64,000 nt of DNA from Chloroflexota bacterium (GTDB lineage: Bacteria; Chloroflexota; Dormibacteria; CF-121), in NCBI GenBank assembly GCA_005880615.1, contig VBID01000115.1, positions 16,431 to 80,430 on the forward strand. Direction: 5' to 3'. Under the pieces are notes generated by a model that ran no database searches, was not told the origin of the DNA, and saw only the letters and a program-made list of their open reading frames with translations. Positions 23,394 to 32,029 of the stretch are shown here, one piece after another; within the stretch, counting starts at the first letter, position 1, and every line of letters starts with the position of its first letter. A program made the position numbers and the translations under genes.

Positions 23394-25730
23394 ATGGCTG
23401 AGGTGAAGACCGAACTGCTTCCCCTCCTCTCGTTAAACAACGGGGTTGTGCTGCCCGGCATGGTGGTCACCATCCCGCTCGACCGGGAGGAAGCCCGGGC
23501 TGCCGTCCAGGCCGCGCGAGCTGGCGATAGCCTGTTGCTGCTGGTCCCGCGGGTGGAGGGTCGCTACGCCACCCTGGGCACCGTAGCTCGGGTCGAGGAT
23601 TCGCGCAAGCTGGCCAACGGGATCGAGATCACGGTCCTGCAGGGCCAGTACCGAGCGTCTGTCGGAAGCGGCGCGGGGGGAACCGGGCCCGCCCTGCGCG
23701 TCATGGCGCAGCCGGTGGCGGACGTCAACCCGCTCACCGAGCAGGCCCATGTCCAGGCCCGTGAGTACAAGGCCCTGATCGAGAACCTGCTCGAGCTGCG
23801 TGGAGCTGCGGACGCCATCCAAATGGTGCGCAGCATCGACCGGCCGAGCCAGCTGGCGGACCTGTCGGGCTACTCGCCGGATCTCTCGCTGGAGCGAAAG
23901 GTCGAGGTCCTCGAGACGCTCGACGTCGAGGCTCGGCTGCAGAAGCTCATCGGCTGGACGCGCGAGATCCTGGCCGATGCGTCCCTCAAGGACAAGATTC
24001 GCAACGAGGTCCAGGAGGGGATGGAGAAGCGCCAGCGTGAGTTCTTGCTCCGGCAGCAGCTGGAGGCCATCAAGAAGGAGCTCGGCGAGGAAGGCGGCGA
24101 CGTGGTCGCCGAGTACCGCCGGCGGATCGAGGAAGCCGGCATGCCGGACGCCGTACGCAGCGAGGTCGAGCGTGAGCTCGGCCGGCTGGAGCGCACCAGC
24201 GAGCAGAACCCGGAGGTCGGCTGGATTCGCAACTATCTCGACTGGATGCTCGACCTGCCCTGGAACAAGCGGACCGAGGATCGGTTCGACGTGGCCGAGG
24301 CGCGGCGCATCCTGGACCAGGACCACACCGGCCTGGACGACGTGAAGGATCGCATCATCGAGTTCCTCGCCGTCCGGAAGCGGCGCGAAACGCGCGGCCT
24401 GGGCGTCGCCGGCGGCCGTGGCTCCGGCGCCATCATTACCCTGGTCGGCCCGCCCGGCGTGGGCAAGACCTCCCTGGGGGAGTCGGTCGCCCGGGCGCTG
24501 GGTCGCAAGTTCACCCGCATCTCGCTGGGTGGCATCCATGATGAGGCGGAAATCCGCGGACACCGGCGCACCTACGTGGGCGCTCTGCCGGGCCGGATCG
24601 CGCGCGCCCTGAAAGAAGCGGGCACGCGCAACCCGGTGATCATGCTGGACGAGATCGACAAGGTCGGCAACGACTGGCGGGGCGACCCGTCGTCGGCCCT
24701 CCTGGAGGTGCTCGATCCGGCGCAGAACCACTCCTTCCGCGATCACTACCTGGAGGTCGACCTCGACCTGTCCGAGGTCCTCTTCATCCCCACGGCCAAT
24801 GTGGCGGACACCATCCCCGGGCCATTACTGGACCGGATGGAGATCATCCGGCTGGACGGCTACACGGAGGAGGAGAAGGTCGCCATCGGCCGCGATCACC
24901 TGCTCCGGCGCCAGCTGGAGCGCAACGGACTGAGCGTTGATGAGGTGAGCGTGACCGACGAGGCGATCCGGCGGATCATCGCCGAGCACACCCGCGAGGC
25001 GGGCGTTCGCAACCTGGAGCGCGAGCTGGGCCGGTTGCTGCGCAAAGTGGCGACCCGCATCGAGGGTGGCAAGCTGAGCGCACCCGTGCGCATCGACACG
25101 GTCGACGTCCGCGAGTACCTAGGGAGGGCCAAGTTCCAACCGGAGGCGGCCGAGCGCACCGAGGTGCCCGGCGTGGCCACCGGCCTGGCGGTCACCGGAA
25201 CCGGCGGCGAAGTCCTCTTTGTGGAGGCCGCCGTCATGGACGGCCCCAAGGGGCTGACCCTGACCGGGCAGTTGGGCGACGTGATGAAGGAGTCGGCGCA
25301 GATCGGGCTCTCGTACGTCCGCTCCCATGCCGCGGAGCTGGGCATCGGTCCCGGCTTCGAGGAGAAGGGCTTCCACGTGCACGTGCCGGCCGGCGCGGTT
25401 CCGAAGGACGGTCCCTCGGCGGGCGTGACCATGGTAACGGCGCTGGTGAGCCTGATGACGGCGCGGCCGGTGCGGAGTACCGTGGGCATGACCGGCGAGG
25501 TCACCCTGCAGGGCACCGTGTTGCCCATCGGCGGCGTCAAGCAGAAGCTGCTGGCGGCCCATCGAGCCGGACTGACCGAGATCATCCTGCCCTTCCGCAA
25601 CGAGGGAGACCTGGACGATCTGCCAGCCAGCGTCCGGCAGGCGATGACGATTCACCTGGTCCGCGATGTCCGCGAGGTGCTGGAGAAAGCGCTCCAGCCG
25701 CAGCCGATGACGGTGAACAAAGCGGCCTAA
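23394..25730 (+). CDS. lon: ATP-dependent Lon protease
   Basis: 778 aa; LON N-domain, AAA+ (GPPGVGKTS, Walker B MLDEIDK), and protease domain with catalytic Ser (PKDGPSAGVTMVTALVS) and Lys; strong RBS AAAGGAGA. Confidence 0.95.
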   Translation: MAEVKTELLPLLSLNNGVVLPGMVVTIPLDREEARAAVQAARAGDSLLLLVPRVEGRYATLGTVARVEDSRKLANGIEITVLQGQYRASVGSGAGGTGPALRVMAQPVADVNPLTEQAHVQAREYKALIENLLELRGAADAIQMVRSIDRPSQLADLSGYSPDLSLERKVEVLETLDVEARLQKLIGWTREILADASLKDKIRNEVQEGMEKRQREFLLRQQLEAIKKELGEEGGDVVAEYRRRIEEAGMPDAVRSEVERELGRLERTSEQNPEVGWIRNYLDWMLDLPWNKRTEDRFDVAEARRILDQDHTGLDDVKDRIIEFLAVRKRRETRGLGVAGGRGSGAIITLVGPPGVGKTSLGESVARALGRKFTRISLGGIHDEAEIRGHRRTYVGALPGRIARALKEAGTRNPVIMLDEIDKVGNDWRGDPSSALLEVLDPAQNHSFRDHYLEVDLDLSEVLFIPTANVADTIPGPLLDRMEIIRLDGYTEEEKVAIGRDHLLRRQLERNGLSVDEVSVTDEAIRRIIAEHTREAGVRNLERELGRLLRKVATRIEGGKLSAPVRIDTVDVREYLGRAKFQPEAAERTEVPGVATGLAVTGTGGEVLFVEAAVMDGPKGLTLTGQLGDVMKESAQIGLSYVRSHAAELGIGPGFEEKGFHVHVPAGAVPKDGPSAGVTMVTALVSLMTARPVRSTVGMTGEVTLQGTVLPIGGVKQKLLAAHRAGLTEIILPFRNEGDLDDLPASVRQAMTIHLVRDVREVLEKALQPQPMTVNKAA

Positions 25731-25755
25731 CGGACGACTGAGCCTCTACCGCCTG

Positions 25756-25788
25756 ACTACGACCCGGCGCATCGCCGGGTCGTAGTCG
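25756..25788 (+). terminator. lon terminator hairpin
   Basis: GACTACGACCCGGCG-CAT-CGCCGGGTCGTAGTC is a perfect 15-bp stem; it is immediately followed by a GC-rich hairpin element copy (25799-25833). Confidence 0.7.
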
Positions 25789-25857
25789 TGATTGCAGGGC
25801 CACCCCCACCCCTACCCTCCCCTGGGGGAAGGAGAATCTTGGAGGACAATCCACTAA

Positions 25858-27123
25858 ATGCTCGGGGGTAGCCGCCTGTGGCGGCAGCCAGATTTCCTCA
25901 AGCTCTGGACGGGCCAGACCATCAGCGTGGTCGGCAGCCAGGTCACCGTGCTGGCCTTGCCCACCATCGCCATCCTGCTGCTGCACGCGACCGCCGCGCA
26001 GGTTGGACTGCTGGCCTCGCTCCAGCGGCTGGCGTTTCCCGTCCTGGCGCTGTTTGCCGGTGTGTGGATCGACCGCGTCCGCCGCCGCCCGCTCATGATC
26101 GCCGCCGACGCGCTGCGGGCCGTGGCCTTGCTGTCGATACCCCTGGTGGCGGTGGTTGGAACGCTGACGCTGCTCCAGCTTTACGCGGTGGCCGCCATCC
26201 TGGGCATCGGCACGGTCCTCTTTGACATCGCCTATCTCGCGTATGTGCCGACGCTGGCCCGGCGTGCCGACCTGCTGGAGGCCAACACCAAGCTGGAAGT
26301 GAGCCACTCCGGTTCGTACCTGTTCGGACCGGCACTGGCCGGAGGGTTGATTCAGCTGGTGGGCGCAGCGCAGGCCATGCTGGCCGACGCGTTTTCGTTC
26401 CTGGTGTCCGTCGCCACCATTGCCTGGATCCGGCAGCCGGAGCCTTCGCCACGCGGTGACGGCCACCCGCGGCTGAGCGTCCTGGCCGACATTCGGGACG
26501 GTATCCGACTGGTCTTCGGAAATCCAATCCTGCGAAACATGGCCCTCATGCTGACGGTCGGGGCCGTGGGATTCCACCTCGCCGAACCGGCGTTCTACCT
26601 GTTCGCCTACCGAAACCTGGGGCTGAGCCCGGGAGCGCTGGGGCTGGTCTTCGCCGCCGGGGGCGTGGGCGCGGTGATCGGAGCATTCATCGTGGGTACG
26701 GTCGTCCGCCGCCTTGGGCTGGGGGCAACGCTGGCCATCACCATCGCCGGAGTCGGAGCCGGGTTCCTCTTGTGGCCGCTGGCGCTGGTTGGCCCGCCAC
26801 TCGCCACCCTGGTGGGCGCCGAGTTCCTGGTCGGGGTCAGCGATTCCATTTACAACGTCAGCCAGGTGAGCCTGCGGCAGTCGGTGACGCCGGACCATCT
26901 CCAGGGGCGAATGACCGCCACCCTGCGCACCATGTTCTGGGGGGCCTGGCCGCTGGCCAACCTGGCGGGCGGAATTCTGGCGGGCGCGGTGGGCGCCCCC
27001 ATCACCATCGTGATTGGCGGTCTGATCGGGATGGCTTCCGCGCTGATCGTCGTCTTCGGACCACTGGGCCGGCTGCGAGAGCAACCGGGCGTCGCGGGCC
27101 AGCCTGGGATCGAGCCCCGATGA
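25858..27123 (+). CDS. MFS transporter
   Basis: 12-TM profile; MFS motif A-like GVWIDRVRRRP between TM2 and TM3. Confidence 0.8.
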   Translation: MLGGSRLWRQPDFLKLWTGQTISVVGSQVTVLALPTIAILLLHATAAQVGLLASLQRLAFPVLALFAGVWIDRVRRRPLMIAADALRAVALLSIPLVAVVGTLTLLQLYAVAAILGIGTVLFDIAYLAYVPTLARRADLLEANTKLEVSHSGSYLFGPALAGGLIQLVGAAQAMLADAFSFLVSVATIAWIRQPEPSPRGDGHPRLSVLADIRDGIRLVFGNPILRNMALMLTVGAVGFHLAEPAFYLFAYRNLGLSPGALGLVFAAGGVGAVIGAFIVGTVVRRLGLGATLAITIAGVGAGFLLWPLALVGPPLATLVGAEFLVGVSDSIYNVSQVSLRQSVTPDHLQGRMTATLRTMFWGAWPLANLAGGILAGAVGAPITIVIGGLIGMASALIVVFGPLGRLREQPGVAGQPGIEPR

Positions 27124-27124
27124 C

Positions 27125-28540
27125 CTACGGGATCAGCCCCTTACGGATGACCCGCCACTCGTCCGCGTCGACGGCGCGCAGCAACACCAACGCCACCGCG
27201 TACACGGCGGCCCCAACCAGGATCACCAGGACAACGGGCCAGGATCGAAGCAGCAGGACGGCGAGGCCCATCACGCCGCCACTCAGGAGGATGCGGGCGA
27301 TGCCGCGCACCACCGGCAGCGCGTACAGGTGGCGACGCAGCAACCACCAGCCGCCCAAAAAGAGCGCCAGCTCGGTGAGGACCGCGGCCCAGCTGGCGCC
27401 GAGGTATCCGAACGGCGGAATCAGGGCCAGGTTGAGAACCACATTGACCACCAGGGTGGCCAGCGCCAGCCGGGTGAAGTCGGCCTGGCGGTTGATCGCC
27501 GTGAGCGTATAGATGAAAGCATTGTTCAAGAAGAGGAAGACCACCGAGAGCGCCAGGATGGCCAGGGCGGGGATGGTTTGCTCGTAGCCGCGGACGGCGT
27601 GCACCAGCGCAGGCGCCGTGAGGGCAATGCCCACCGCCAGCGGGACCCCCACTACGGCCAGCAGGCGGTAGGACTTCTGGTAGGCGAGCGAGAGGCGGTC
27701 CTTGCCGGAGACCGACAGCAACGACAGAGCCGGGAAGACGGCGTTCATCGCCGTCTGCGGGATCCAGGCGATGGCGTCGACGTACTTGTTGGCGGCCACG
27801 TACCAGCCGACCATCCGGAAGTTGGTGAACAGCTGCAGCAGCACGACATCGACCTGGGCGTAGATGCTGGTGATGACAAAGCCGAGGGCGAGGGGTGCGC
27901 CGCTCCGTAGGACATCGCGCAGGAAGCCCAGGTCGAGGCGGGGCGACGGCCGCTCGCGCCAGATGCCGAAGATCACCCCCAGGGCCAGCAGGCAGGTGAA
28001 GAGGTAGCTGGCCGCATACACCCAGAGGAAGGCGTCCCATGACGCCCGATGGCCGACGGCGTACAGGGTCAGTCCCAGCAGGACAGCGGCCTCACCCAGG
28101 ATGGCCACCACCTCATAGCCCAGCGTGCCCCGCGCGTAGAACGCGGAGCGGAGGAGACCCGAGTAGGAAACGGTGATCAGCAGCACGAACGCCCCCAGCG
28201 TGAACGGGAACAGCGCCGGCGCCAGCAGGCGCAACGCCCCCGCCAGCACCAGGCCGGAGAGGACCAGGAGCAGCAAACGGACGCTGATCAGGTTGCCGAG
28301 ATAGCGGTCGAATACGGCTCGGTCGCGGGCCACGTCCCGGACAAAGACGGTCTGCGTCCCAAGGTCGGCCAGCAGCTGGGCCAGGCTGACGTACACGATC
28401 ATCGCCCCGAAGCGCCCGTACTCGGCGTCGGCGAGGTGACGCCAGAGCAGGACCACCACCACGAACGTCGCGACCTTGGCCACGGCGCGACTGCCGACCA
28501 CCAGGGCGGTGTTGCGAAAGGTGCGGCTAGCGAGACTCAC
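27125..28540 (-). CDS. MOP-superfamily polysaccharide flippase (Wzx/MATE-like)
   Basis: 471 aa, ~14 TM; N-terminal NTALVVGSRAVAKVATFVVVVLLWRHL typical of polysaccharide biosynthesis/export proteins. Confidence 0.75.
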   Translation of the reverse strand: MSLASRTFRNTALVVGSRAVAKVATFVVVVLLWRHLADAEYGRFGAMIVYVSLAQLLADLGTQTVFVRDVARDRAVFDRYLGNLISVRLLLLVLSGLVLAGALRLLAPALFPFTLGAFVLLITVSYSGLLRSAFYARGTLGYEVVAILGEAAVLLGLTLYAVGHRASWDAFLWVYAASYLFTCLLALGVIFGIWRERPSPRLDLGFLRDVLRSGAPLALGFVITSIYAQVDVVLLQLFTNFRMVGWYVAANKYVDAIAWIPQTAMNAVFPALSLLSVSGKDRLSLAYQKSYRLLAVVGVPLAVGIALTAPALVHAVRGYEQTIPALAILALSVVFLFLNNAFIYTLTAINRQADFTRLALATLVVNVVLNLALIPPFGYLGASWAAVLTELALFLGGWWLLRRHLYALPVVRGIARILLSGGVMGLAVLLLRSWPVVLVILVGAAVYAVALVLLRAVDADEWRVIRKGLIP

Positions 28541-28556
28541 GTGTCACGCCGGGATT

Positions 28557-29588
28557 ATGAACGGTTACGATTTGCGGACCATGGGCTCCCCCAAACCCCG
28601 CGTGTTTTCCGGCATCCAGCCCAGCGGCGGGTTGCACCTGGGCAACTACCTGGGCGCCATCCGCAACTGGGTCCGCGACCAGGACAAGTACGACAACATC
28701 TTCTGCGTCGTCGACCTGCATGCGATGACCCTACCCTGGGATCCGAAGCTCCTCCGGGAGAACACCCTCCAGGTGGCGGCCGTCTACCTGGCCTGCGGCA
28801 TCCGCCAGGACACCTCCACCATTTTTGTCCAGTCGCGGATCCCGGCCCACTCCGAGCTGGCCTGGATCCTCACCTGCCTGACCCCGATGGGCTGGCTGGA
28901 GCGGATGACCCAGTTCAAGGAGAAAAGCGCCGGCGAGCAGCGCGAACGGGTGGGCACCGGCCTGCTGACCTACCCGGCGTTGATGGCCGCCGACATCCTG
29001 CTGTACGAAACCAATTTCGTGCCGGTCGGCGAGGACCAGCGCCAGCACATCGAGTACACTCGCGACATTGCCCAGCGGGTCAATCAGCGATTCGGCCAGG
29101 TCCTCACCCTGCCCGAGGCCCTGATTCCCAAGGCAGGCGCCCGGATCATGGGACTGGACGACCCGGAACGGAAGATGAGCAAGACCCTGGCCCAGGCGAA
29201 TCCGGGCCATGCCGTCTTCCTGACCGACCCGCCGGAGGTGATCCGCAAGAAGTTTGCCCGCGCCCAAACCGACGCCGAGCCCGCCGTTCGCTTCCCGCCC
29301 GGCCCGGGAGTCGCCAACCTGCTCCAGATCTACCAGTCGGTCACGGAAACGACGGCCGAGAACCTGGAGCGCACCTTCGCCGGCAAGTCGTACAACGAGC
29401 TCAAGCAGGCCGTGGCCGAAGCCGTCATCGCGGCCCTGCGCCCCATCCAGGAGCGCTATCGTGAGATCCGGTCCGACGACGCGCAACTGGTCCGCGACCT
29501 GGACCGGGCGGCCGACCGGCTGGCGGTGACAGCCAACGCGACGCTGGCGCGCGTGCAGCGGGTGACGGGATTGCTGGGCCATGACTAA
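28557..29588 (+). CDS. trpS: tryptophanyl-tRNA synthetase
   Basis: Class I aaRS: FSGIQPSGGLHLGNY (HIGH-like), KMSKT. Start at ATG 28557 or 28581; the upstream part of ORF 28476..29588 overlaps the divergent flippase gene. The TAA stop is the first three bases of MITE copy B. Confidence 0.9.
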   Translation: MNGYDLRTMGSPKPRVFSGIQPSGGLHLGNYLGAIRNWVRDQDKYDNIFCVVDLHAMTLPWDPKLLRENTLQVAAVYLACGIRQDTSTIFVQSRIPAHSELAWILTCLTPMGWLERMTQFKEKSAGEQRERVGTGLLTYPALMAADILLYETNFVPVGEDQRQHIEYTRDIAQRVNQRFGQVLTLPEALIPKAGARIMGLDDPERKMSKTLAQANPGHAVFLTDPPEVIRKKFARAQTDAEPAVRFPPGPGVANLLQIYQSVTETTAENLERTFAGKSYNELKQAVAEAVIAALRPIQERYREIRSDDAQLVRDLDRAADRLAVTANATLARVQRVTGLLGHD

Positions 29589-29745
29589 GCCCGGATCCGC
29601 CGATCGGACGACGCAGATTGGGATGCGGGACGAGCTGAGCGGAAGGAAGCGACCAGCACGCGCAGGCGCCCTGGCAGCGGCTGAGCCTGGTCAATCCCGA
29701 CCAGGACTGCGCTAGCTCGTTGCTGGCGGTGGAGGGAGCCGTCGG
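29586..29745. mobile_element. MITE-like element, copy B (left TIR intact, right TIR degenerate)
   Basis: TAAGCCCGGATCCGCCGATCGGACGACGCAGATTGGGATGCGGG... shares >85% identity over the first ~60 bp with copies C and D. Confidence 0.7.
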
Positions 29746-29769
29746 GGGCGTGCGCTGGATGGAGCTTCC

Positions 29770-30045
29770 GGAGGCGGATCAGAGGCAGATCGCCGCGCAC
29801 GCCGCTCAAGCTAAGCGGTCTTCCGAGTAAGTTCTGCTCGAGGTGCGGACCTTTGTCCAGGGACACCCCCACCCCTACCCTCCGCGCAAGGGGGAGGGAG
29901 AGTTAAGGTCGGAAGCAGATCGCCGCGTATGCTGCTCGAGCCAAGCGGTCTACTGGGTAAGTTCTGCTCGAGGTACGGGCCTTACTCCAAGGACACCCCC
30001 ACCCTTGCCCCTGCCCGCAAGGGAGAGGGAGAGGGGAAGGCGGCA
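29770..30045. repeat. two tandem ~130-bp units, each ending in a GC-rich hairpin element
   Basis: CAGATCGCCGCGYAYGCYGCTCRAGCYAAGCGGTCTWCYGRGTAAGTTCTGCTCGAGGTRCGGRCCTTWSTCCARGGACACCCCCACCC...GCAAGGG.GAGGGAGAG appears twice consecutively. Confidence 0.75.
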
Positions 30046-30249
30046 TCGCCAGAGAGGATGGGCGAAGGCTTGAATCCTTTGACGATCATCCAGACGGCAA
30101 GACTCATCTCCGAAGCGAACACCGGGATGGCCGCGATCAACCCCCTGCGATCGCCGCGACGGCGGCAACAATGAAGAACACGCCAGCCACCACCGCAATC
30201 CTTCCAGTGGAATTCACGCCACGCTCCTTTTTGCTTTCCACATGGCGGT

Positions 30250-31236
30250 TCATGCGGCTGCCACCGAAATGACGACCTTTCCTCGAGCGTGTCCGGTTTC
30301 GAGATAGCGGATCGCATCTGGTGCTTCGCTCAACGCATACGTCCGGTCGATGACCGGTGTGATCCTGCCGGCCTCAAGCAGTTCCCGTAGAAACTGCAGG
30401 TCAGCGCTACTTGGCTTGGCGATAAGCGGACGCATCGTCTGGCCGCCGATGAACGGCGACAACAGGAGGGCCTTAATGATCCGGCCGACGGGCCCGATGA
30501 TGCGACCGGGGGAGTCACCGCTGCTGAGGACGAGCGTGCCGGCTGCGGTGAGGGCGCGTCGGCAGGCAGATGGGGAGGCGGTGCCCGCCAGTTGAAAGAT
30601 CAGGTCGTACTGTTGACCAGTCCGGGTGAAGTCCTCCCGGGTGTAGTCGATGACGCGGTCGGCGCCGATCGAGCGGACCATCTCCAGGTTCCTCGTGCTG
30701 CAGACTCCGGTCACCTCCGCGCCGTACCACTTCGCGATCTGCACGGCAAACGTCCCGACACCTCCGGACGCCCCGACGATCAGGACCTTCTGCCCCGACC
30801 GGATCGCTCCGGCATCACGAAGGCCTTGCAGAGCGGTCACCGCCGCAAGCGGGACGGTGGCCGCTTGCTGGAAGCTGAGGTTGGCCGGCTTCACCGCCAG
30901 CAGTTTTTCGGGAGCCGAGACGTACTCCGCGAAGCCGCCCGATCCGACAAAACCGAAGACCTCGTCGCCCGGCCGAAACCGCGTCACGGCATTGCCGACC
31001 GCCTCGACCTCCCCCGCCACATCGGTGCCGAGAACTGAGTGCTTGGGCCGGCGCAGTCCGGTTGCCATCAGGCGGGCGATGTAAGGTACGCCCCTCATGA
31101 AGTGCCAGTCGTACGGGTTCGCGGAAGCGGCGCGAACCCGAAGCAGAACCCTGTCACTCTCGATGTCGGGTTTGCGGACCTCCTTGACCTCGAGAACATC
31201 GGCTGAGCCGTACTTCTGGTATGCGATCGCCTTCAT
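30250..31236 (-). CDS. NADPH:quinone oxidoreductase / zinc-independent MDR-family dehydrogenase
   Basis: MKAIAYQKYGSADVLEV...; cofactor-binding LIVGASGGVGTFAVQIAK. Start at the second ATG (RBS AGGAGGAG spacing). Confidence 0.8.
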   Translation of the reverse strand: MKAIAYQKYGSADVLEVKEVRKPDIESDRVLLRVRAASANPYDWHFMRGVPYIARLMATGLRRPKHSVLGTDVAGEVEAVGNAVTRFRPGDEVFGFVGSGGFAEYVSAPEKLLAVKPANLSFQQAATVPLAAVTALQGLRDAGAIRSGQKVLIVGASGGVGTFAVQIAKWYGAEVTGVCSTRNLEMVRSIGADRVIDYTREDFTRTGQQYDLIFQLAGTASPSACRRALTAAGTLVLSSGDSPGRIIGPVGRIIKALLLSPFIGGQTMRPLIAKPSSADLQFLRELLEAGRITPVIDRTYALSEAPDAIRYLETGHARGKVVISVAAA

Positions 31237-31262
31237 TCCCATCTCCTCCTACCGCCTTTACC

Positions 31263-31311
31263 GGGTGTACATCGTACACCCAGTGCGCAGTGTAGGTGTA
31301 CGTCGTACACT
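31263..31311. promoter_or_regulatory. two palindromic operator sites (GGTGTAC-nnn-GTACACC) in the divergent qor/tetR intergenic region
   Basis: GGGTGTACATCGTACACC (31263-31280) and AGGTGTACGTCGTACACT (31294-31311): perfect 6-7-bp inverted half-sites with a 3-bp spacer, repeated twice, directly upstream of a TetR-family gene. Confidence 0.65.
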
Positions 31312-31330
31312 TGTCAAGAGGAAATAGGAT

Positions 31331-32026
31331 TTGGCTAAGCAGATCGAGGCTCCGCGCCGGGCCCCCCTGAGCAGGGGCCGCGTGCTGCGCGCCGCCGTGG
31401 CGCTTGCCGACGTTGGCGGGATCGAGTCGCTCAGCATGCGCAAGCTCGCGGAGGACCTGGGGGTCGTGCCGATGGCGCTCTACAAGCATGTGGCCAACAA
31501 GGAAGAGCTCCTGGACGGCATGATCGATGTCGTCGTGGGCGAGATCGATCCCCCGGCCACCGGAACCGAGTGGAAGAGCGCGGTCCGGCAGCGAGTCCTC
31601 TCGGCGCGACAAGCGCTCCTCCGTCACCCGTGGGCGTCTTTCGTGATCGAATCGAAGAAGACCCCCACACCGATGGTGCTGGAGTACATGGACTCGATGA
31701 TCGGGTTATTCCGGGCGGGCGGCTTCTCCGTCAATCTCACGCATCACGTGATGCATGTCATCGGCAGCCGGGTGATGGGGTTCACCCAGGAGCTATTCAA
31801 TGACTCACGCACTGTGGATCCAGAAGTGCAGGCGGTCATGATGCGTGAGCTGGGACCGAAGTTTCCCAACGTGCTGGCGATCGCCATGGCGGCCTCCCAT
31901 GAGGGGGAGTCGGTCGTCGGTCAAGGCTGCGACGATCAGTTCGAGTTCGAGTTCGCGCTGGATCTCCTCCTGGACGGATTCGAAAGACTCCGACAGGAGG
32001 AGCGGGCAAGGGAGACCGCGAGTTAG
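31331..32026 (+). CDS. TetR-family transcriptional regulator
   Basis: HTH LSMRKLAEDLGVVPMALYKHVANKEELL plus TetR C-terminal ligand-binding domain; TTG start. Confidence 0.85.
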   Translation: MAKQIEAPRRAPLSRGRVLRAAVALADVGGIESLSMRKLAEDLGVVPMALYKHVANKEELLDGMIDVVVGEIDPPATGTEWKSAVRQRVLSARQALLRHPWASFVIESKKTPTPMVLEYMDSMIGLFRAGGFSVNLTHHVMHVIGSRVMGFTQELFNDSRTVDPEVQAVMMRELGPKFPNVLAIAMAASHEGESVVGQGCDDQFEFEFALDLLLDGFERLRQEERARETAS

Positions 32027-32029
32027 AAG

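Noticed and set aside
25582-27084. 500-aa minus-strand ORF
   Set aside because: Antisense to the MFS transporter gene; Arg/Gly/Asp-rich.
28049-29464. 471-aa plus-strand ORF
   Set aside because: Overlaps the flippase (antisense) and trpS (out of frame); no protein-like features.
29770-30045. Possible CRISPR array (repeated units with GC hairpins)
   Set aside because: Units are ~130 bp, directly abutting, with no unique spacers and no cas genes; this is a tandem duplication of a hairpin-containing element.
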